Source: Candidatus Saccharimonadales bacterium (lineage in GTDB: Bacteria > Patescibacteriota > Saccharimonadia > Saccharimonadales > UBA4665). From it: 64,000 nt of DNA. Below, piece after piece: positions 10,385-19,534 of the stretch. Made by a program: the position numbers and the translations under genes. The stretch lies in assembly GCA_035546975.1 (NCBI GenBank), contig DASZVS010000014.1:124029-188028 (forward strand), read 5' to 3'. A model generated the notes under the pieces. It worked only from the letters and a program-made list of their open reading frames with translations, did no database searches and was not told where the DNA came from. Numbering within the stretch: the first letter of the stretch is position 1; every line of letters starts with the position of its first letter.

Positions 10385-11688
10385 GCGCCGCGCTGCTCCT
10401 TTAAGGTTTTGGCAATTTCCGCAGGCGTGAATACGTGTTCGGCGCCTGTCTGGAGATCTTTCAATTTATATCGGCCGGTTTCCAGTTCGGCCTCCCCGAT
10501 AATCAATACGAAATGGAGGCCCTTTTTATCGGCAGCTTTGAGCTGGTCGCCGAGTTTGCGGCCCGGCAAACCTACAGCGAGATTCACGCCCCGGCCGCGC
10601 AGCCCGGCAATAGTTTTTTGGGCGGCGGCCGCTACGTTGCCGACCAGGGCGACATAGGCGTCGGTTTCGGGCTTCAACGGCGGCAACAAATGATGCAGTT
10701 CCAAAAAATTAGCAAGCGTCACGTCGCCCCACCCAAAACCGACAGTCGGCACCGGCTGGACGCCGAAGAGGCCAACCAGACCGTCATAGCGGCCGCCGCC
10801 CAGCATGGAGCGGTTATTGTCCGGATGCATATCAAATACTTCGAAAATTATATCTGTATAGTAATCAAAGCCGCGCATCAGCGTGATGTCGAAACGCACG
10901 TTCTCGACGCCACCGTCTTGAAGCTCAGACAACATGCTTTCCAGCTCGGCATACGAGCTGTGCGTTTTAAGCTCTTTAGGCAATGCAGCGAGGTCTTTTA
11001 CGGCCAATAAATCGAGTAATTTCTCGACGGCTCCGCTCTCGCGCATGGCGGGGCTGCATGCCTCATCCAGCGCCGAAATAAATTTATTTCGCTCCATTTT
11101 GGCCATACGGTCTATTAACTTACTTACGTCGTGCACTTCCTGTTTACCAAATCCGATATAGTCGGCGAGCGCATAGTCCATGAGTTTACGGCTGCTGAGC
11201 CTGATTTCGTACATTTCATGACTGGCGCCAAACGCCCTGAACATAGCATCGACCATCGTAATGATCTCTTGCTCAGCCGAAGTATCGGCAACACCGAAAA
11301 TATCAACATTCAACTGCCAGTGCTCTCGTAATCTGCCGCGCTGGGGGCGCTCGTAGCGCCAAAGGTTCGGTATGCTGTACCACCGGACCGGATATGCCAA
11401 TTCTTGCCGCTTGGCGGCAACCATGCGGCTGACCGTCGGCGTCATCTCAGGGCGGATAACGACCTTGCGGCCACCCCTATCCTCAAAAACATAGGTCTGC
11501 TCATTGACGATTTCTTCACCTGTTTTTGCGAGATACATTTCAAGCGGCTCTAAGATCGGTGCATCATATTCTTCATAGCCGAAGCGTTCGCACACTTCCC
11601 GCCACTTGGCGAACATGTACTTTTGCAAGCGTTTATCCGCGGGGTAAAAGTCCCGCGCGCCTTTATATGGTTGTTTTGAGAGTGCCAT
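10381..11688 (-). CDS. hisS: histidine--tRNA ligase
   Basis: Class II motifs (YKGARDFYP, RWYSIPNLWRYERPQRGRLREHWQ, GGGRYDGL) plus a C-terminal anticodon-binding domain. The second ATG (11688, MALSKQ) is preceded by GGAGG. The ORF-track start is at 11703. Confidence 0.93.
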   Translation of the reverse strand: MALSKQPYKGARDFYPADKRLQKYMFAKWREVCERFGYEEYDAPILEPLEMYLAKTGEEIVNEQTYVFEDRGGRKVVIRPEMTPTVSRMVAAKRQELAYPVRWYSIPNLWRYERPQRGRLREHWQLNVDIFGVADTSAEQEIITMVDAMFRAFGASHEMYEIRLSSRKLMDYALADYIGFGKQEVHDVSKLIDRMAKMERNKFISALDEACSPAMRESGAVEKLLDLLAVKDLAALPKELKTHSSYAELESMLSELQDGGVENVRFDITLMRGFDYYTDIIFEVFDMHPDNNRSMLGGGRYDGLVGLFGVQPVPTVGFGWGDVTLANFLELHHLLPPLKPETDAYVALVGNVAAAAQKTIAGLRGRGVNLAVGLPGRKLGDQLKAADKKGLHFVLIIGEAELETGRYKLKDLQTGAEHVFTPAEIAKTLKEQRGA

Positions 11689-11738
11689 AACCGTAACCTC
11701 CATTATAGATTATTTTTCAGCCATATGAATAGAAGCCC

Positions 11739-12422
11739 CTAACAGCAGCTTCCATCGGCCAATCTTCCAACTAGCGCAGGATAGATGTCCCACATCTGTG
11801 TTACGCGCGCGAGACCATTGGCCTGGGCGGTTTTCCCAGTCTGGACCCGATCAGCCACTAACTCCACACCTAAGCGCCTAAGCAGCCTTGGCATTATTTC
11901 CATGCTTCCGGATATGGTTACACCGGGCGGCAAGTCCACTATTTCGACAGGAAGATCCAGCCGGCCAACCTGGTAGTTGACGATGCCCGGTAGCGGCGTA
12001 ACCGCACGCATAACCGCAGAAGAACCAGGTAAACTGTGCCACAACCGTTCTTCCAGCTCATCGCGTTTATCCTTTTCTGCCAATAATTCCAAACAGCACA
12101 TTGGCGCTCCAACCGGAAGAAATTGAAGATTTTCCAGTACCGGGCGCCCATAGTAAAAATCCATTTCAATGCTGTCTTCCCCGGCTACTCCTAAATCAAT
12201 TAGCCCGGAAGCAGCAAGTCCCGGCATATCTTTTCCTTTTAGGAGGAAAAACTCCCTGCCTGACGACGTAGCCGTTAGCTCGCGGCCGTTAAAGACGGGC
12301 ACTTCTATTCCGGTAGCCGCCTCAAAAGCCTTTATGCATGCGCTGCTATCATCTCCTTTGGGGATACCAATTCTTTCAGCGCCGGCAATGTCAAAATCCT
12401 TTATAGTTACTTCTCGTTCCAT
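11739..12422 (-). CDS. ATP phosphoribosyltransferase (HisG)-like protein, short form
   Basis: 227 aa. IGIPKGD..., FLLKGKDMPGLAASGLIDLGVAGEDS and SGSMEIMP...VADRVQTGKTAQANGL align by eye with HisG blocks (ALPKGR, dIpxyVexGxxDlGitG, GSVE...DIVxTGxTLxxNGL). Confidence 0.6.
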   Translation of the reverse strand: MEREVTIKDFDIAGAERIGIPKGDDSSACIKAFEAATGIEVPVFNGRELTATSSGREFFLLKGKDMPGLAASGLIDLGVAGEDSIEMDFYYGRPVLENLQFLPVGAPMCCLELLAEKDKRDELEERLWHSLPGSSAVMRAVTPLPGIVNYQVGRLDLPVEIVDLPPGVTISGSMEIMPRLLRRLGVELVADRVQTGKTAQANGLARVTQMWDIYPALVGRLADGSCC

Positions 12423-12456
12423 TACAGTAATTCCTTATCTAAATTTATAGGCAACT

Positions 12457-12480
12457 AAAAACGCCGGGGCGAGCCCGGCG
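12457..12480 (-). terminator. rho-independent terminator candidate
   Basis: Minus-strand RNA: CGCCGGG-CUCGC-CCCGGCG followed by UUUUUAGUU. It lies about 110 nt after the stop of the 12592..13188 gene. Confidence 0.6.
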
Positions 12481-12591
12481 TAGGATTTTCTAGACAAAGA
12501 GAATACTAACCGAGTCGCTCCGGCAAGATATGCAGATGATGGTTAGTACGAACGATGTTCATAATGGCGATAATTATACTACTTATGTCAA

Positions 12592-13188
12592 TTATTGCAA
12601 ATTTTTAGCTGTCCTTTTAAGAAAACGAATAAAAAACGGCGCGCCGAATATTATTTGCGTGGCAATAGTAATCCCGTGGCCGATTGACGGCGACAAGCGG
12701 TTATAGGCGCCCGGCATTTTACTGTCCTTTTTAACGATAATTTCATCTAACAAGCCATACAACGAGAGTATTTTTCGCCGCTGGGGTGCAGTGAGCCCGG
12801 CTAGCGACTTTTCACCGGCATAGGCCGAGGCCACAAAGGATGGGTTATTGCGGCGGTAACGCTTACGGATATTCTGCGGCCTGTTGATCTTGCCGGCGAT
12901 CGTAACAGTGCCGCACACCTCATTCGGCCGGGCTTTATATGCATTAATAACGGCTGAAGCGCCGGCACTCGCGCCAACTAGACCAACTTTCTTGCCCTGG
13001 GAAGCTAAATCGTCAATATGGCCAAGGAACTCTTCAAATTTTTGCTCCCATGGCCGTTCATCTGCCCAATTCATTCGCCAAAGTTCGGGCTCGACACCCC
13101 ACCAACGCCACGCCTTCACGACTTTGCTTTGAAACCCGGATCCGTCATCACCGATCCCGGGAATATATATGATGTGTAGCTGTTTCAT
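12592..13188 (-). CDS. alpha/beta-hydrolase fold protein
   Basis: 198 aa. GASAG nucleophile-elbow motif (GxSxG) after a beta-strand (KVGLVGASAGAS). ATGA overlap with the upstream gene. Confidence 0.6.
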   Translation of the reverse strand: MKQLHIIYIPGIGDDGSGFQSKVVKAWRWWGVEPELWRMNWADERPWEQKFEEFLGHIDDLASQGKKVGLVGASAGASAVINAYKARPNEVCGTVTIAGKINRPQNIRKRYRRNNPSFVASAYAGEKSLAGLTAPQRRKILSLYGLLDEIIVKKDSKMPGAYNRLSPSIGHGITIATQIIFGAPFFIRFLKRTAKNLQ

Positions 13189-13712
13189 GCCCGGAGAAAA
13201 CTCCGAAGACCCTCGGCAGCCTCATGCACCCGCTTACCGAACGTATCATCCGTGATTTTTATGGTGACATCATCACCGTGCGCACGCATGAATTTTTTAT
13301 GATCGGCAAGATACCTGTCCAGTTCCCCAATAGCCTTCTGCCGTTTCGTCGCCTTAAATAAGTCTTCGAAAAAACTGCGTGAGAGCTCCATATCGATCAT
13401 AAACCAGCGGTATCCCGCCGCCTCCAGGTCTTTCTTGGTTTCACCCCACCGCCGGTCAACGCTACCGTCAAGAATAAAACTCCGGCCATTCTTGAGCGTT
13501 TTCTGCCATCTGTCCGTAAATCGTTTTTCAAATTCTTTGAGCGCAGGGCCTTCTGAAATGTCATCAGTGAATAAATCTTCTTTGACCTCAGAACGAATGA
13601 TATCGCGGTTGAGGATGGGCAGGCTGAATTCCATTGATAAAAAGTGCGCCACTATGCTCTTAGAGCTCCCCTGCGCCCCCGCGAACACCACAACATACGG
13701 CGTCTTTGTCAT
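13185..13712 (-). CDS. P-loop NTPase / putative kinase (AAA_33 / zeta-like fold)
   Basis: Variant Walker A VVFAGAQGSSKS and a later ILDGSVDRRW block. The ORF-track start (13778) would overlap the tRNA gene, so the ATG at 13712 (MTKTPYVVVF) is preferred. Confidence 0.6.
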   Translation of the reverse strand: MTKTPYVVVFAGAQGSSKSIVAHFLSMEFSLPILNRDIIRSEVKEDLFTDDISEGPALKEFEKRFTDRWQKTLKNGRSFILDGSVDRRWGETKKDLEAAGYRWFMIDMELSRSFFEDLFKATKRQKAIGELDRYLADHKKFMRAHGDDVTIKITDDTFGKRVHEAAEGLRSFLRA

Positions 13713-13733
13713 ATGCAAAGCATAGAATAAAAA

Positions 13734-13819
13734 TGGTGGGGATGAAAGGACTTGAACCTTCACGCCGCATGGGCACATGCTCCTAAGGCATGCGTGTCTA
13801 CCAATTCCACCACATCCCC
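13734..13819 (-). tRNA. tRNA-Leu (anticodon UAG), CCA encoded
   Basis: Hand-folded 86-nt sequence: GGGGATG-TG-GTGGAATTGGTAGACAC-G-CATGC-CTTAGGA-GCATG-(long variable arm TGCCCATGCGGCGT)-GAAGG-TTCAAGT-CCTTT-CATCCCC-A-CCA. The 7-bp acceptor stem pairs perfectly. The class II variable arm fits Leu. Confidence 0.9.
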
Positions 13820-13861
13820 GCGCCGCTCCACGGCATTTGTTCCAGTGTGGCTCGAAGTATT

Positions 13862-14392
13862 TTAGCTAATTTTACGGTAAAAGACTAGCTGGGCGTCACC
13901 GTATAATTTGCGTTCGGCCTCCTCGAACTCTTCAAATGCAGGGACTTCTCCGCTGCCCGGCCACGACAGTATTAAGAGGCCTCCGGATTTTACCCGCTGG
14001 CCAAGCCGCTCTATCAAGGAAACCTGCAAATCGTCGTACGGCGGATCGCAAATTATGAGGTCGAATGCCTGGCTGGTTGTAGAAAACCAGGCGCCGGCGG
14101 CAGCCTTGATGAGCTTGACGCGGCCTTCAAGGCCCAAGGCAGCGATATTTTCGGCGATCGTACGTTGGGCAGCCCGGTCGGCATCTAGTGCTACCACTTC
14201 TTTGGCTCCTCTGCTGGCCGCTTCAAAACCCAGGGCGCCGCTGCCCGCAAACGCATCGAGAACGGATAAGCCAGCAATGTCACCAAGTACATTAAAAAGA
14301 CCGCCGCGCACTTTGTCGCTCATGGGATGCGTTTTATGGCCGGGAGGGCTGGCAAAAGTACGTCCGCCCAGGTTACCGGCAATAATACGCAT
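13862..14392 (-). CDS. rsmD: 16S rRNA (guanine966-N2)-methyltransferase
   Basis: MRIIAGNLGGR, DKVRGGLFN, LDAFAGSGALGFEAASRGA and the DPPY motif. Confidence 0.88.
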   Translation of the reverse strand: MRIIAGNLGGRTFASPPGHKTHPMSDKVRGGLFNVLGDIAGLSVLDAFAGSGALGFEAASRGAKEVVALDADRAAQRTIAENIAALGLEGRVKLIKAAAGAWFSTTSQAFDLIICDPPYDDLQVSLIERLGQRVKSGGLLILSWPGSGEVPAFEEFEEAERKLYGDAQLVFYRKIS

Positions 14393-14393
14393 T

Positions 14394-15218
14394 TTATCCC
14401 TTGGCCTTCACTTTGGCCGAGCCGGCCTCTAATAGGGCGCCGTACCAAGCTAACTCAACTGCTTGAACCAGTACTGGCGTCAGTTGGTTGCGGACGCGGC
14501 GCGCAAGGCCGATCGTCCAACCGGTACGATAAAACGCTTCGTAGAGCTCTAGGCGCGCAACTTCTTGCGCGGTTTTACGGAACCATTCTGCCATGGATTG
14601 CGCCTGAAATTCCGCAACCTTATCTTTAGTAAGGCGAACCCGCCGGCTTTTGATCGGTGCAATAAGAAAAGCAAACCCCATTTCGAAAGCCGCGTGGGTA
14701 GTAAATAATCCTTTAGGGCCCCACATTTTCCAGTTATTACGGACGCGAAGAGATGGCGTAGCCCCCGGCAAGAAAATCTTTTTGCCAAGGCTTGAACGGT
14801 CAGCCATGCCTTTGCGGCCAAGTTCTGCTAATTTTTCTTCGTATGGATAGTGGTGCGCGGGCGTTAAGCCGTCGACGATAGCATGCGCTAGCCAGGCCGC
14901 CTCGAAGGAAGCTCGGACGCTATCATCCATCTTGAGCGCTTTTACCAGCTTGTTGTAATGATCTTCAATGAGGTTGATAAGTTGCGTATCGTCTGGATCG
15001 AAAGGCTGGAAAAAGTGCCACGGCTCATCCTTGGCGGGGCTCTTCCGCTTGATAGCATCCGGGCCGCGGCGGCCTTCGAAATGCAATATCGATCGGGTGC
15101 CCGGAAACTGCGTGTGCGGGGCTACGAATTCAAGATTGCGCCGTGCCAGACGGTCAATTTTCTGATGGGCGCCAAGTAGGCGCCCTGAAAATGAGGTAAT
15201 TGTTGAGCCAGAATACAT
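14394..15218 (-). CDS. hypothetical protein, zinc phospholipase C / S1-P1 nuclease superfamily-like
   Basis: 274 aa. LAHAIVDGLTPAHH matches the HxxxDxxxPxH metal-binding signature shared by zinc PLC and S1/P1 nucleases. Confidence 0.45.
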   Translation of the reverse strand: MYSGSTITSFSGRLLGAHQKIDRLARRNLEFVAPHTQFPGTRSILHFEGRRGPDAIKRKSPAKDEPWHFFQPFDPDDTQLINLIEDHYNKLVKALKMDDSVRASFEAAWLAHAIVDGLTPAHHYPYEEKLAELGRKGMADRSSLGKKIFLPGATPSLRVRNNWKMWGPKGLFTTHAAFEMGFAFLIAPIKSRRVRLTKDKVAEFQAQSMAEWFRKTAQEVARLELYEAFYRTGWTIGLARRVRNQLTPVLVQAVELAWYGALLEAGSAKVKAKG

Positions 15219-15219
15219 A

Positions 15220-17256
15220 TCAATTAAGATTTGTGACGGCCCGCAATTTGGTAATGTGTTCCGCCAGTTGGCTATATTTTAGCAAATCCTCCCCACTATC
15301 TATAAACGCTGCGGCTGCGGACCGGGCGGCGGCTATCAATTTCGTGTCGCTCAGTTTTGCAATTCTTAGGTCAAGTTGGCCGTGCTGCGACGTCCCGTAA
15401 ATAGCGCCCGGTCCGCGCAAATCCAAATCCATTTCGGCCAAACGGAAGCCGTCCGAAGAAGTAGCTAAAGCCCTGAGCCGGGGGCTCGGCGGCCTGGAAT
15501 CACCGAGCACAAGATAGCAGTAGCCCTGGTGCTTGCCCCTGCCGACACGCCCTCGTAATTGGTGCAACTGGGCCAAACCGAAACGCTCCGGATTCTCAAT
15601 CATCATAATCGTGGCGTTTGGCACGTCGACGCCTACTTCAATTACAGTTGTCGAGACAAGAATGTCCAACTTATGTTCTACAAACCGTTGCATGACCGCT
15701 TGCTTGTCGGCAGCCTTCATTTTTCCATGCAGAAGCCCCAACCGCCGGTGTTTGAAATCTTTTTTTCTAAGCTCATCGTACACCTTTTCAACGGATTGGG
15801 CCTCGAGCGCTTCAGAATCCGCGATCAGCGGGCACACCACAAACATTTGGCGGCCGGCCTCGAGTTCGGAGTCGATCTTCGCGTATAGCTGAGCGCGGGA
15901 ATTGGGTGAAATTATTTCCGTGATTATAGGTGAGCGGCCTGGGGGCTTATCCGCCAGCACGCTTATATCGAGTTCACCGTAAAGAGTCAGGGCTAATGAT
16001 CTCGGAATCGGTGTGGCTGTCAGACTAAGCACATGCGGCATATGGCCGGCTTTGGCCATTAAAGCTTTGCGCTGCTCAACGCCGAAACGGTGTTGTTCAT
16101 CAACGACTATAAGCGCCAGCTTGTGCATATCCACCTTTTCCTGGATAAGCGCATGCGTCCCGACTACCAGCGCAGCTTCGCCGCTGCTGATTTTGTCACG
16201 CACCTCTTTCTTCTGCGAGGCATTCAGGCTGCCTATCAGCAAGCCGACTCTGCCAGCATAGCCAAGCGGTTCGAGCAGCGCATGGATTGTCTCGGCGTGC
16301 TGCCTGGCCAACAGTTCCGTCGGGGCCATGAAAGCCACCTGCCACCCCTGGTTCAATGCCATGAGCGCCGCCATGGTGGCTACCACCGTTTTGCCGGAGC
16401 CCACATCGCCCTCTACAAGCCGGTTCATGGGGTGTTTCTTTTGCATGTCAAGGTACAGTTGCCAGATAGTTCGCCGCTGGGCATCAGTAAGCGAAAATGG
16501 CAAATGCTTAACGAAATTTTTTGCCAAACTCTCCTCGAAGGGAATGGCAAGAGAAGTTTCGCTCATATTTTCTTGCTTATTTAACAAGCTGGCGAGACTG
16601 AGGCCGAATACTTCTTCGAATCCAAGCCGCCGTTTAGCGCGCTCCAGTTGTTCAGGCGATTCGGGTAAGTGAATATTCCGTAAGGCTTCGGCCCGGCCCA
16701 TGAGCTTGTAAGACGTAATTACTTGCAGCGGCAGCGTTTCGGGCAGCGCGGAGAACTCGTCTTTGATTTGCTTTACGACTTGGCGGACTTGCCGTGAGGT
16801 CAGACCTTTGGTTTCGCGGTATACGGCCAGGATCCGGGCCGTATTGACCGGAAAATCGCTGGCCATTTCAACGCTTGGATTAAGCACCGAGAACCGTTGG
16901 CGGTTGCGTTCGTATTGGCCGGAAATGAAATAACTTTGGCCGGACTTAAGCGCAGCGGCCCGATAGGGTTGGTTAAACCATGTTAGGCGTACACTGCCAG
17001 ACTCATCGCTTGCCACCGCCTCCGTAATATGCAATCCGCGGCGGACATAACGGCCCTTCGCTTGTTTGATCTCGGCCTCGATAGTTATCGGTCCTGGCTT
17101 CAATTTGCTAATGGGCGTAACGGTAGAATAGTCTTCGTAGCGGCGGGGGTAGTAGTTAATAAGATCGCCGACAGTATGAACGCCGAGCAGCGCAAATTTC
17201 TCGGCCAAAGCATCGCCCACGCCTTTTACGTCTTTAATTGGGCTGTCGTATGCCAT
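15220..17256 (-). CDS. recG: ATP-dependent DNA helicase RecG
   Basis: 678 aa. Wedge-domain N-terminus, GDVGSGKT Walker A, DEQHRFG, and TATPIPRSL. Confidence 0.95.
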   Translation of the reverse strand: MAYDSPIKDVKGVGDALAEKFALLGVHTVGDLINYYPRRYEDYSTVTPISKLKPGPITIEAEIKQAKGRYVRRGLHITEAVASDESGSVRLTWFNQPYRAAALKSGQSYFISGQYERNRQRFSVLNPSVEMASDFPVNTARILAVYRETKGLTSRQVRQVVKQIKDEFSALPETLPLQVITSYKLMGRAEALRNIHLPESPEQLERAKRRLGFEEVFGLSLASLLNKQENMSETSLAIPFEESLAKNFVKHLPFSLTDAQRRTIWQLYLDMQKKHPMNRLVEGDVGSGKTVVATMAALMALNQGWQVAFMAPTELLARQHAETIHALLEPLGYAGRVGLLIGSLNASQKKEVRDKISSGEAALVVGTHALIQEKVDMHKLALIVVDEQHRFGVEQRKALMAKAGHMPHVLSLTATPIPRSLALTLYGELDISVLADKPPGRSPIITEIISPNSRAQLYAKIDSELEAGRQMFVVCPLIADSEALEAQSVEKVYDELRKKDFKHRRLGLLHGKMKAADKQAVMQRFVEHKLDILVSTTVIEVGVDVPNATIMMIENPERFGLAQLHQLRGRVGRGKHQGYCYLVLGDSRPPSPRLRALATSSDGFRLAEMDLDLRGPGAIYGTSQHGQLDLRIAKLSDTKLIAAARSAAAAFIDSGEDLLKYSQLAEHITKLRAVTNLN

Positions 17257-17278
17257 AACTTAAGTATACGACCGTAGA

Positions 17279-18085
17279 CTATTTGGCTTTGCGGACCAGT
17301 AGAAAGATGCTGGGGCCAAAATAGACGACCGAAAGCGGACGCTGCAGCATACGCTCAGCAGTCAGCATAGCGCCCCTCGGCATAATTTTTTTCAGCCGGA
17401 CGCTCCGCAAGTTGGAAACCGATAAAACACCCTCAACATACAGTCCGGCATGCTCGAGTTGCCGGAGGACTGTATACGGATTATGATTTACGAAAGGAAT
17501 TTCGTCGGCTTTTTTATTGGCCTCCGAACGGATATCTACAGGTTTTACGGGCATTTTTTCGCGGCGGGCGATATGTTTTAAGCGGTTGCGCATATGCACG
17601 TAATTAGCAAATTCGATAATCGCTATGCCGTCATCGCTGAGCACCCGGTTAATTTCGGCTAATTCTACGCTTGGATCCGGTAGATGGTGCATGACACGCA
17701 CCATCGTCAAAAGGTCTACGCTGCCGTCAGCAAACTTGAGATCGGCAGCCTGCATGAGTTTGCGGTCAATTTCCGGATGGTCTCTCAAAAAATCTTTGGC
17801 AATATCCAGCTGCTGCTGGCTCGGCTCAGCCAGGGTGACCTTATCGGCATAATTCTCTAGGAGTAGGCATAAACGGCCGTAGCCGCCGCCTACGTCCACA
17901 GCATGCCGGAAGTGTTTCCCCCGGAGCAGTTTACGGATGGCAATTTCCTCGGCAGCATGCTCGTACTCGCGGCCTTCCCAGTACTGCCGGTAATTATGTT
18001 TGGGGTCATTGTACTGGTCGGCCTTACGGGTCGACTTTGTGCTCGTTTTAGCCGGTTTCTTTGTTGTCTTCGATGTCTTTGGCAT
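17279..18085 (-). CDS. class I SAM-dependent methyltransferase with Lys/Thr-rich N-terminal tail
   Basis: VDVGGGYGRL motif I, followed by Rossmann-like alternation. Confidence 0.7.
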   Translation of the reverse strand: MPKTSKTTKKPAKTSTKSTRKADQYNDPKHNYRQYWEGREYEHAAEEIAIRKLLRGKHFRHAVDVGGGYGRLCLLLENYADKVTLAEPSQQQLDIAKDFLRDHPEIDRKLMQAADLKFADGSVDLLTMVRVMHHLPDPSVELAEINRVLSDDGIAIIEFANYVHMRNRLKHIARREKMPVKPVDIRSEANKKADEIPFVNHNPYTVLRQLEHAGLYVEGVLSVSNLRSVRLKKIMPRGAMLTAERMLQRPLSVVYFGPSIFLLVRKAK

Positions 18086-18116
18086 AAATTCTCCCTAGTA
18101 TAGCAATCCTCAGAAA

Positions 18117-19361
18117 TTAACCAAGTTCCAACACGGCAAACTTATTTTTGCCCCGTCGCACCAGCGCATTGCCGGACAATGTGTCAAATAAAAAGTCTGC
18201 TGTCATTTTTTCATTATTTATATATATGGCGCCGCTTTCTATGAACCGGCGGGCTTCGGTCTTGGAAGCTGCTAAGCCCGTCTGCACGAGTGCTTGGACA
18301 ATATGCTCGGATGTCATGCGCGCGGGCACTTTAGCAGTAGGAAGTTCCTTTTTTAGGGACTTAAACTCATCCGCACCCAATTCCAGGGAATCTTCCCCGC
18401 CAAAAAGAACGGCAGCGATATTTTTCTGGCTTTTTGCAACCGCCTCGCCGTGAACTAATTTCGTGACCTCGTACGCCAATGTCTTTTGGGCAAGCCGACT
18501 GCTGTGGTCGCGGCCGAATTCTTCCATAACCTGGTCAATATGGTTTTTATCCAGCTCAGTGAAAATCTTCAGGTAATCTGCGACGCTATCGTCATCGGCA
18601 TTCAACCAAAACTGATAAAACTGGTACGGACTCGTTTTGGTAGGATCAAGCCATACGGCGCCGGCCTCACTTTTGCCAAATTTTTGCCCGGTTGCCTTAT
18701 TAACTATGAGCGGTGCTGAAAATACGTGCGTTTCGGCGCCGGTTTTACGCCGGATCAGGTCTACGCCGGCAATGCTATTGCCCCACTGGTCTGAACCGCA
18801 TAACTGCAGCGTAACACCGTGTTTTTCATGAAGGTATAAGAAGTCGTAGGCCTGAATAAGTACATAACTAAATTCGGCGTAACTAATCCCGGCCCCTTCT
18901 TCGCCGAGGCGTTTTTGCACAAAATCGCGGCCCAACATTTGGCGCATCGGCACATGTTTGCCCACATCCCGTAAAAACTCCAGGTACATGAAGTGCTTGA
19001 ACCAATCATAATTGTCTTCCAGCGCAAATGGTTGGCCGTTAAAAAGCTGGCTGTATTGGGCGGCAATCGCTTTTTTATTGGCGGCGATTTCTTTCTCTGT
19101 CTTCAAGGACCGCTCCTCAGCCTTGCCGTCAGGGTCACCGATCAAGCCGGTCGCACCGCCAACGAGCAGCACGGCCTTGTGCCCATGCTTCATGAAAGTC
19201 TTGACCATCATAGCGGCAGCGAGGTTGCCGATGGTCATGCTATCGGCGCTCGGGTCCACACCAAAATAAAAGGTTAGCGGTTTGCCATCGAGCGCGTCCA
19301 AGCTCTTAAAGGTCGTCTGGTTGACGAACCCGCGCCAGTTCAATTCTTCGGAAAGTATCAT
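18117..19361 (-). CDS. tyrS: tyrosine--tRNA ligase
   Basis: FYFGVDPSADSMTIGN (HIGH region equivalent), KFGKS (KMSKS) and a C-terminal S4-like domain. The ORF-track start at 19421 is a TTG. The ATG at 19361 (MILSEELNWRG) fits better. TTGGTC-N17-TATAAT lies upstream, with the TATAAT at 19399-19394. Confidence 0.93.
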   Translation of the reverse strand: MILSEELNWRGFVNQTTFKSLDALDGKPLTFYFGVDPSADSMTIGNLAAAMMVKTFMKHGHKAVLLVGGATGLIGDPDGKAEERSLKTEKEIAANKKAIAAQYSQLFNGQPFALEDNYDWFKHFMYLEFLRDVGKHVPMRQMLGRDFVQKRLGEEGAGISYAEFSYVLIQAYDFLYLHEKHGVTLQLCGSDQWGNSIAGVDLIRRKTGAETHVFSAPLIVNKATGQKFGKSEAGAVWLDPTKTSPYQFYQFWLNADDDSVADYLKIFTELDKNHIDQVMEEFGRDHSSRLAQKTLAYEVTKLVHGEAVAKSQKNIAAVLFGGEDSLELGADEFKSLKKELPTAKVPARMTSEHIVQALVQTGLAASKTEARRFIESGAIYINNEKMTADFLFDTLSGNALVRRGKNKFAVLELG

Positions 19362-19477
19362 ATATGTACTGTTTTCGCGTATCTTATTCTTTATTATACC
19401 TATTAGCAGGAATGAGACCAAGCTGAATCGAAGCTGAAAGGCGCTGCTAAAAATACAAGCTTTTTTACGTTTCTATT

Positions 19478-19486
19478 TGCTATAAT
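19478..19486 (+). promoter_or_regulatory. extended -10 element (TGCTATAAT) upstream of the PBP gene
   Basis: TG at 19478-19479 and TATAAT at 19481-19486, 48 nt before the ATG at 19535. Confidence 0.35.
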
Positions 19487-19534
19487 GAGCAGGAATATTT
19501 GCCATAAGGGATATACAGGATTTAAAACCAATCT

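Noticed and set aside
13713-13778. N-terminal extension of the kinase-like ORF (ORF-track start at 13778).
   Set aside because: The extension would be encoded by the body of the tRNA-Leu gene (13734-13819). The internal ATG at 13712 immediately precedes the Walker A strand.
12423-13861. Integrated mobile element at the tRNA-Leu gene.
   Set aside because: There is no integrase or recombinase and no direct repeat of the tRNA 3' end in the downstream 1.3 kb. Composition does not look different by eye.
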